Virus record (IMG/VR): IMGVR_UViG_3300050014_000619
DNA: 64,000 nt
Source of the DNA: a virus
Reading direction: 5' to 3' (one strand)
In this document: positions 57,678-64,000 of the stretch, in pieces
How positions within the stretch are numbered: the stretch's first letter is position 1
Layout: each line of letters begins with the position of its first letter
Position numbers and translations under genes: made by a program
The notes under the pieces: model-generated
Seen by the model: the letters and a program-made list of their open reading frames with translations, nothing else
The model's database searches: none
What the model was told of the DNA's origin: nothing

Positions 57678-59135
57678 ATGGAAAGAAAACGAATTGAAAA
57701 AGCAGTAGAAATTATCGATTATGCAATCAAAAATCAAATATCAGTTAAAGAGGCATCCAAACAATGCGGAATGGCTAATACGTATGTGAAAAACGTTAAA
57801 GCTCTCGTATATGAATTATATTCAGAAGGTGAACTTGACAAAGAATTGTTCCAGTTATTCGATGAAGCATATAAACTCTATGTAGAGAATAAAGGTTTCG
57901 GGTATAAAGAAGATCAAATAACCGAAACAAAAAAACCCTCAGACATTCCATCTGATACATCAAACGAAAAAACCGAATTTAGTGTTAATGGTAACACAGC
58001 CACAATTGAGTGGAAAAGCGGTTCAAATTATCCCGCAGATCACATTAGAACACTTAAGCAATTACTTAAACTTGCAGAAGTAGATCAAAACCTTTGGGAT
58101 GTCGCACAGTATACAGTAAATAAATGGGATGTTACTGCAGTTATTGATAAAATGCCCAGAACATTTCAGAATTTTCAGGTTAAAGCACGTCTGGATAAGA
58201 AACTCGCAGTTGTTAAAGAAAGAGCAATTGGCGAAATGTTTCTTGATATGGTGAAAAACTACAAAGCACCAGTACTTGAAATTAATCCAAAAATTAGTTC
58301 TGTTGAAGGAAAAGAGAGTAGTAATCTCTTCGAAGTAACAATTTTTGACCTGCACTTAGGCAAACTTGCATGGGGTGGTGAAACTGGCGAGAACTACGAT
58401 ACGAAGATTGCTCGTGAGAGATTTTTAACTACAATCAAAACACTTATAAAGAATGCCAGTGGATTTCAATACAATAGAATTCTTTTTCCAATCGGTAGTG
58501 ACTTCTTCAACAGTGATACCATATTCAATACAACAACCAAAGGTACTCCACAGGATGAAGACTTACGTTGGCAGAAAACATTCAATGTTGGTGTAAGACT
58601 TCTCATTGATGCAATCAGCTTATTGAAACAAACGGGTGTACCAATTGACGTGGTGAATATCCCGGGTAATCATGACTTTGAACGTAGTTTTTATTTGGGT
58701 TCATACCTTGAAGCATGGTTCAATCACGATTCTCAGGTGAGAATCAATAATGGTGCATCACCAAGAAAATATTATCGTTTTGGCAAGGTTCTTTTAGGAC
58801 TGACCCACGGAAGCGAAGAAAAAGAGGGTTCATTACCATTGCTTATGGCAAGTGATATTGAATCAAAACCAATGTGGAGTGATACGGTATATCATGAATG
58901 GCATGTTGGTCATATACACAGAAAAAGAGACGTGAAATACGTAGTTCTTGATAAATCAAGAATGACTAATGAAGATTTAGGCGTTACCGTAAGGTATCTG
59001 TCAAGTCTGACAGGTACGGAAGAATGGCATCACAAGAAAGGTTTTATTGGTTGTATTAAAGCAGGAGAAGGCTTTATATGGAACGATGAAGCAGGTCTGG
59101 TTGCACATTTAAATGCAAACTTAATAATAGATTAA
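57678..59135 (+). CDS. Calcineurin-like metallophosphoesterase with N-terminal HTH-like region
   Basis: DLHLG, GSDFF, PGNHD, THG, GHIH. Confidence 0.85.
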   Translation: MERKRIEKAVEIIDYAIKNQISVKEASKQCGMANTYVKNVKALVYELYSEGELDKELFQLFDEAYKLYVENKGFGYKEDQITETKKPSDIPSDTSNEKTEFSVNGNTATIEWKSGSNYPADHIRTLKQLLKLAEVDQNLWDVAQYTVNKWDVTAVIDKMPRTFQNFQVKARLDKKLAVVKERAIGEMFLDMVKNYKAPVLEINPKISSVEGKESSNLFEVTIFDLHLGKLAWGGETGENYDTKIARERFLTTIKTLIKNASGFQYNRILFPIGSDFFNSDTIFNTTTKGTPQDEDLRWQKTFNVGVRLLIDAISLLKQTGVPIDVVNIPGNHDFERSFYLGSYLEAWFNHDSQVRINNGASPRKYYRFGKVLLGLTHGSEEKEGSLPLLMASDIESKPMWSDTVYHEWHVGHIHRKRDVKYVVLDKSRMTNEDLGVTVRYLSSLTGTEEWHHKKGFIGCIKAGEGFIWNDEAGLVAHLNANLIID

Positions 59136-59139
59136 CAAT

Positions 59140-59691
59140 ATGACAGCACAAAAAGGAAAAAGTTTAGTAAAATTTGCGAAGGGTAAAGGAAAAGAAACTA
59201 AAATCCCAGCAAAACCAAAGGTAGTAGCACCAGTTGAAAAACCGCTTACTCCTGAAGAAGAACGTGATATCAAAGCAAAAGAAACAGTGGCTTCCTTATT
59301 GGAAGGTGTTGATTTGACTTTGAAGAAAGACCCAGAACTTCTTGAAGTAGCACCAGAGGAAGCCGAAGATGAGGTTTCGAATGATGTAGATTGGCTACAA
59401 GAACAGGTTCAAAAATTAGCTGAAGATAATGACAGACTGAAATCTGAAGCAGAAGTCGCAAAAGGTGATTATGCCAAAATTTACGATGCATATCAGCAAC
59501 TTAAAGGCGGTGTATCATTATCTGCTCCCGATGGAAATACTGAGGCAATAAGGTTAAAAGTAGTTCAGTTGTTTAATGAAATTCAAGCACAGCACCTTTC
59601 ATTGAGACACAACTTTATTATTTATCCTGAAGCATTCTTAAACAGGTTAATAGTGTTCTTTCCATTCTTGGATAGAGAGAAAAGATACTAA
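59140..59691 (+). CDS. Hypothetical coiled-coil protein
   Basis: ORF in operon. Confidence 0.6.
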   Translation: MTAQKGKSLVKFAKGKGKETKIPAKPKVVAPVEKPLTPEEERDIKAKETVASLLEGVDLTLKKDPELLEVAPEEAEDEVSNDVDWLQEQVQKLAEDNDRLKSEAEVAKGDYAKIYDAYQQLKGGVSLSAPDGNTEAIRLKVVQLFNEIQAQHLSLRHNFIIYPEAFLNRLIVFFPFLDREKRY

Positions 59692-59708
59692 TTTGAATTA
59701 AAATAACG

Positions 59709-59747
59709 AATTTGCTCTGAAACTGTTGTTTTGGAGCAAATTTTTTT
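59709..59747 (+). terminator. Rho-independent terminator overlapping the next promoter
   Basis: AATTTGCTC/GAGCAAATT stem plus T-tract. Confidence 0.7.
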
Positions 59748-59756
59748 ATATATTTG
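59726..59756 (+). promoter_or_regulatory. Bacteroidota sigmaA-type promoter
   Basis: TTG-N20-TATATTTG upstream of primase. Confidence 0.65.
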
Positions 59757-59780
59757 TCGTAATAATTATTGAATATATAA

Positions 59781-60860
59781 ATGAGTCATATTCGTGGTCA
59801 AGAGTTTCATGCTATAATTGAGAATGTATTTGGGGATGTCCAGAATTTAATGCAATCTGAACAGATACAGGTTTGTTGTCCACATTGCCAAGAGCGTGAA
59901 GGTCTTAGCGAACCCGATGGTAAATTCAATCTGGAGATCAATACAGCCAGACGACAATTTCGTTGTTGGAAATGTGATGAACCACAATTCAGTGGGTCTC
60001 TGGGTAGACTGATCAGAACATTTGGCACACATGCTGATTACGAAATGTATAAAGCATATGCAGGTTCATTTGATGACTATGAGTTTGAAGAAGATGAAAA
60101 AGAATATGTTGCAGTAAAACTTCCAGAAGAAATGATATTATTTTCACAAATGGAGGTTGGCAATCTTGAGCATTTTGAAGCATATAATTATTTAGTTAAT
60201 GAAAGAAAGATCAGCAGAGATATAATATTAAAATTTCGGCTTGGTTTTTGTACTACTGGAAAATATGCCAAAAGAATAATAGTACCGTCATACGATGCAA
60301 AAGGCGAGGTAAATTATTTTGTTGGCAGAACTTATGACCCAAAAGAAAAGAAAAGAAAATATTTAAATCCTTTTGCTGATAAGGATAAAATTATTTTTAA
60401 TGAGGGTCTTGTAAATTGGGACTCTACTGTATACCTTGTTGAAGGTGCGTTTGAAGTGTTATCATTTCCTGTTAATATCATACCGATGTTAGGAAAGACA
60501 TTATCAACCACATTATTTATGAAACTGAAAGATTTAAAACCAGATGTTGTTGTATTGTTAGACCCTGACGCATATAAAAGTAGTATCGAACTGTATTATA
60601 AATTACATAATATCTACATTGATTGCGAAGAAAGGGTACGATTAGTTAAATTACCCACAATGGATGATTTGGATGAACTCAGAAGACATGAAGGTCAGGA
60701 TGCTGTAATAAAAGCATTGCGTACCGCAAGGGGTTTAACTGTCGATGATTACTTTATTAATAAGTTGCAGAAACCCTATGATAGAAAAGGATACGGAAGA
60801 CGTGATGTTGATTCAAAATATTTTGAATGGAGATCGGGTAGCACAAGAAACGTTTTATAA
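59781..60860 (+). CDS. DNA primase (Zn finger + TOPRIM)
   Basis: CPHC..CWKC; RIIVP..YFVGR..KYLNP; VEGAF; LDPDA. Confidence 0.85.
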   Translation: MSHIRGQEFHAIIENVFGDVQNLMQSEQIQVCCPHCQEREGLSEPDGKFNLEINTARRQFRCWKCDEPQFSGSLGRLIRTFGTHADYEMYKAYAGSFDDYEFEEDEKEYVAVKLPEEMILFSQMEVGNLEHFEAYNYLVNERKISRDIILKFRLGFCTTGKYAKRIIVPSYDAKGEVNYFVGRTYDPKEKKRKYLNPFADKDKIIFNEGLVNWDSTVYLVEGAFEVLSFPVNIIPMLGKTLSTTLFMKLKDLKPDVVVLLDPDAYKSSIELYYKLHNIYIDCEERVRLVKLPTMDDLDELRRHEGQDAVIKALRTARGLTVDDYFINKLQKPYDRKGYGRRDVDSKYFEWRSGSTRNVL

Positions 60861-61428
60861 AAAATACGAAAAAATAATTAGAGATTTTATACGAAGCAAA
60901 TTTCCACCATTAAAACATCAAGACGATCTTGATGATTGTGTGCAAATGATCTTAATTCAAGTCTTTGAACATCTTAAAACATATGATCAGGAAAAATCCA
61001 GTGTGAAAACATGGGTATTAGCTATCACTAAACACTTCATGATTAGTGAATCAAGAAAGCCAGTCTCAATGTTTAATAACTGCACAATATCACTGAGTAA
61101 TAATTCTGGTCAGAATCTCGTATTCAACGGTGAATCTACAGTGTGGGCTAATGGTGGTGTTGTGACCTCAACAGGTATTGATGGCTCTGCAGTAATAGGT
61201 AATTCATCATTTAGTTGTAGTGGGATGGATTTTGAGAACTGTAATTCCGTATCATATATTTCCTCGCAACTTTCACCTGAAGACTTTAGTTTGTTGAATA
61301 TGAAGTATATTCAAGGCTATGATTATAATGAAATTGCACAAGAATTTAATCTCACCAGCAGTACAATCAGCAACAAAATAAATTACATAAAAAGCAAAAT
61401 CAAAAAGAATAATAAGGAAGAAATATAA
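60778..61428 (+). CDS. Phage RNA polymerase sigma factor (ECF-like, regions 2 and 4)
   Basis: DLDDCVQ..YDQEKSSVKTWV..I; LSPED..Y.EIA..NLTSSTI..KI..IK; ATG 60778 likely start. Confidence 0.8.
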   Translation: MIEKDTEDVMLIQNILNGDRVAQETFYKKYEKIIRDFIRSKFPPLKHQDDLDDCVQMILIQVFEHLKTYDQEKSSVKTWVLAITKHFMISESRKPVSMFNNCTISLSNNSGQNLVFNGESTVWANGGVVTSTGIDGSAVIGNSSFSCSGMDFENCNSVSYISSQLSPEDFSLLNMKYIQGYDYNEIAQEFNLTSSTISNKINYIKSKIKKNNKEEI

Positions 61429-61433
61429 AACCC

Positions 61434-61464
61434 TTGCATTTAACGTGTAAGATCGATATATTTG
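61434..61464 (+). promoter_or_regulatory. Bacteroidota sigmaA-type promoter
   Basis: TTG-N20-TATATTTG upstream of Mre11-Rad50. Confidence 0.7.
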
Positions 61465-61479
61465 TAAAAATTTTTATTA

Positions 61480-64000
61480 ATGATAGAAAAAATAGCACAC
61501 CTTGGTGACATTCATATCCGTAAAACACCCACCCGCAATGAAGAATATCAATTAGTATTCGACAGACTAATAAAATCATTAGAAGTATATAAACCTGATA
61601 GGATTGTAATCGTTGGTGATTTAAATCACGATTACATTGATATACAGGGCGAACACCTAATTTTGGCAAGCGAATTTCTTAATTCATTAAGTAAAATAGC
61701 ACCTGTACGTATAACCAGAGGTAATCATGATTGCAGAAAAAAGAATCTAAATAGGACTGATAGTATTAAAGCAATTGTGGAAACCCTGCATAATCCAAAC
61801 GTTAAATATTATGATGAAACGGGATTCTATTATGATGAAAATATTGCATGGGCAGTTTGGCATCATGGTGAATCAAAGAACAATCCTTGGAAAACTAAAG
61901 TTGGAAAAGAAAATTTAAGAATTAAAGAAGAAGGAACTGAAAAAATTACAATTGATTTATTTCATGACCCCGTTAGTGGCTGTAAATCCACAACAGGCTT
62001 TGAAATGAAAAGTAAGTCATATTACAAGATCGGTGATTTTAAAGGCGATTATTCTTTCTTTGGCGACATTCATAAAATGCAGTTCTTAGATAAGAAGCAT
62101 ACAAAAGCATATTGTGGGTCACTCATAGCACAGGATGTTTCGGAAGGTGATGATAACTTTCATGGCTTTCTACTTTGGAACATAAAGGATGGTTCTGTTG
62201 AAGAAATCCAGATACCAAACGACTGGTCATATAAAAATATTTTAATTTCACAATACACCGACTTTGATGATCTGGATTTTGAAATTCAGAATCCCACAGA
62301 TCATATGAAAATCAGATTCATCTGGAACACCTTGCCACAAACAAGAACAAAAGAGGCTGAAAGGAAATTAGCTGAATATGTCAAAGGTAAATATCCTAAA
62401 GACAGTATTCAAACAATCTCACAAGCAAATAATTTTATTGAAACCGACAAGATTGATATAAATGAAAATGTTACATTGGAAAATATTAGTGACAAAGGTG
62501 TTCAACACGAAATATTTAAAGAATACCTTAGTAAAATAGGTATTGAGGATAAAGTCATTACTGATGTTATTGCTCTGGATGAAGAAATTCTCAAAGAGAT
62601 TGAGATCACCGATGATCAGAGCATTGAATGGAATGTCGTGAAGTTTGGTGGTAAGAATTTCATGTCATATGAAACTCTGGATATCGACTGGCGTGATAAA
62701 GATGGATTATTTCAGATTGTCGGTGAAAACACCGCAGGAAAAACGACCATCATGAAGATTTTAACCTATATTCTCTTTGGCAAAGCATTGGAAACCGAAA
62801 CACGTGTTAAATATGGTGACATGCGTTTTGTTAATAACAGGAATGGTGCAAAAAGTTGTGAAGCATACCTTATTATTGAAGCTAATGGTGAGTATTTTGG
62901 AATCAAAAAGAAAACCGAAATAACCAGAACCAAAGGTGGTGAAATTAATGGTGCTCCAACTACATTAAGTTATTTTGCATTATCGAATCCTGATGAAGAA
63001 ATGGATGACAATACTTCATTGGAAAAACTCGATGAAGATCGTAGGGCAAAAACACAGCAGAAAATCGAAGCAATTATTGGCTCATATGATAACTTCATGC
63101 GAATTGTAATGACTACCAGTGATACGCTTAATAGAATACTATCAAATGATATGGCGATCTTTATTGATTCACTGCTCTTTGATAGTGGCTTGGATATCTT
63201 CGACAAGAAACTCGAAGGCTGGAAGATCGTTAATAAGCGTATCAATGAAAAAAGTAGAATAACTTGTGATGTTGATGGTGTGACTTTACAGAATACCGTA
63301 CTGAGACAGGAAATTCAAACACTTGAAAATGAAGTTGTGAATATTGAAGACGTTATATTACCAGACATACAAAAGAGAATTCTCACTGGTAGGAAGTACG
63401 TGGAAGACCTCACAAAGAAATTATTCAAAATAGACCCTGAAATCTACACGCTAAACACCGAAGACACAAATGAAGAGATTACCACTCATGAATTGTCTAT
63501 AGATGATCTAAACGCACGAGAAGCAGTTTTAAAGCAAAGCATAATTCCGTTGAAACAAAGCTATGATGTAGATAGGCTTAATGTGCTCATTCAAAAGAAA
63601 GATAGTCATAAAATTGTTGAGTACAATAAAAAATTACAAGTTAAAGCATTGGAACAAATTGTTCGTGATGAAGAGCATGCGATTGAAATCATTAATGGCG
63701 ATATCTTCAGAGCAAAACAAAAGGGTGCTGATTATAAAAAACAAATTCAGGAACTAAAGGAAAGCAAAACCTGTAGTCAATGTGGACAATTATTAACTGC
63801 AGAACATCAGGTACATATAACTGAAAAGATCAAATCAATAGAAGCACTCATGTTTCCTCTTGGTACAGACATTAAAAAATGGGATGGTGAAGATAAAAAA
63901 GTTCATCTGGATAAAATTATAGAAAAAAAGGGTGAAATTGGTCACATTAGGGTTGACATTGAAGCTCATTCCCTTGAAATGGAAGACATTCTTAAAGAAA
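61480..64000 (+). CDS. Fused Mre11/SbcD nuclease - Rad50/SbcC ATPase (3' end outside the window)
   Basis: Own translation: HLGDIH, VGDLNH, GNHD, GDIH; same-frame Walker A GENTAGKTT (~62722) and Zn hook CSQC (63772-63783). Confidence 0.85.
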   Translation, partial: MIEKIAHLGDIHIRKTPTRNEEYQLVFDRLIKSLEVYKPDRIVIVGDLNHDYIDIQGEHLILASEFLNSLSKIAPVRITRGNHDCRKKNLNRTDSIKAIVETLHNPNVKYYDETGFYYDENIAWAVWHHGESKNNPWKTKVGKENLRIKEEGTEKITIDLFHDPVSGCKSTTGFEMKSKSYYKIGDFKGDYSFFGDIHKMQFLDKKHTKAYCGSLIAQDVSEGDDNFHGFLLWNIKDGSVEEIQIPNDWSYKNILISQYTDFDDLDFEIQNPTDHMKIRFIWNTLPQTRTKEAERKLAEYVKGKYPKDSIQTISQANNFIETDKIDINENVTLENISDKGVQHEIFKEYLSKIGIEDKVITDVIALDEEILKEIEITDDQSIEWNVVKFGGKNFMSYETLDIDWRDKDGLFQIVGENTAGKTTIMKILTYILFGKALETETRVKYGDMRFVNNRNGAKSCEAYLIIEANGEYFGIKKKTEITRTKGGEINGAPTTLSYFALSNPDEEMDDNTSLEKLDEDRRAKTQQKIEAIIGSYDNFMRIVMTTSDTLNRILSNDMAIFIDSLLFDSGLDIFDKKLEGWKIVNKRINEKSRITCDVDGVTLQNTVLRQEIQTLENEVVNIEDVILPDIQKRILTGRKYVEDLTKKLFKIDPEIYTLNTEDTNEEITTHELSIDDLNAREAVLKQSIIPLKQSYDVDRLNVLIQKKDSHKIVEYNKKLQVKALEQIVRDEEHAIEIINGDIFRAKQKGADYKKQIQELKESKTCSQCGQLLTAEHQVHITEKIKSIEALMFPLGTDIKKWDGEDKKVHLDKIIEKKGEIGHIRVDIEAHSLEMEDILKE

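Noticed and set aside
1123-63245. Many 60-180 aa antisense or alternate-frame ORFs in the track (e.g. 33679..34218, 45262..45777, 62970..63245)
   Set aside because: Nested in well-supported genes, no motifs or promoter; shadow ORFs
1-64000. Stop-codon reassignment as in some large Bacteroidota phages
   Set aside because: Long genes are intact in the standard code and tile the window; TAG (6216, 16787) and TGA (34553, 36987) end genes at sensible positions
1-64000. tRNA genes, rRNA, CRISPR arrays
   Set aside because: Intergenic gaps are short and none showed a cloverleaf or repeat-spacer pattern by eye

Overview
AT-rich, gene-dense segment of a large (jumbo-type) tailed phage genome in the standard genetic code, almost entirely + strand. 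Host is probably Bacteroidota: TTG-N20-TAnnTTTG promoters precede four DNA-metabolism genes and starts are A-rich without obvious Shine-Dalgarno sites. Order: tail-fibre/adhesin cluster with an embedded GT9-like glycosyltransferase (0.7-16.8 kb); SNF2 helicase and family B DNA polymerase (17.6-23.5 kb); a block of putative head-cargo proteins including a 1441-aa kinase-GNAT-CCA-enzyme polyprotein, a 2H phosphoesterase and a HAD phosphatase (23.5-38 kb); GT4 glycosyltransferase; T4-like baseplate genes (42-55.5 kb); RHH regulator, RuvC, metallophosphoesterase, primase, sigma factor and a fused Mre11-Rad50 running off the end. Eight free-standing homing-endonuclease-like genes are interspersed. 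Best candidates for new biology, all inferred from motifs: (1) a late-expressed, possibly protease-processed and virion-packaged tRNA 3'-end repair kit; (2) virion glycosylation at a pervasive [S/T]-G-x-T motif; (3) a LAGLIDADG insertion that rebuilds the gene it broke with a recoded N-terminus; (4) 10-bp-phased TATA arrays at four promoters. All product calls come from motif recognition by eye, not database searches.
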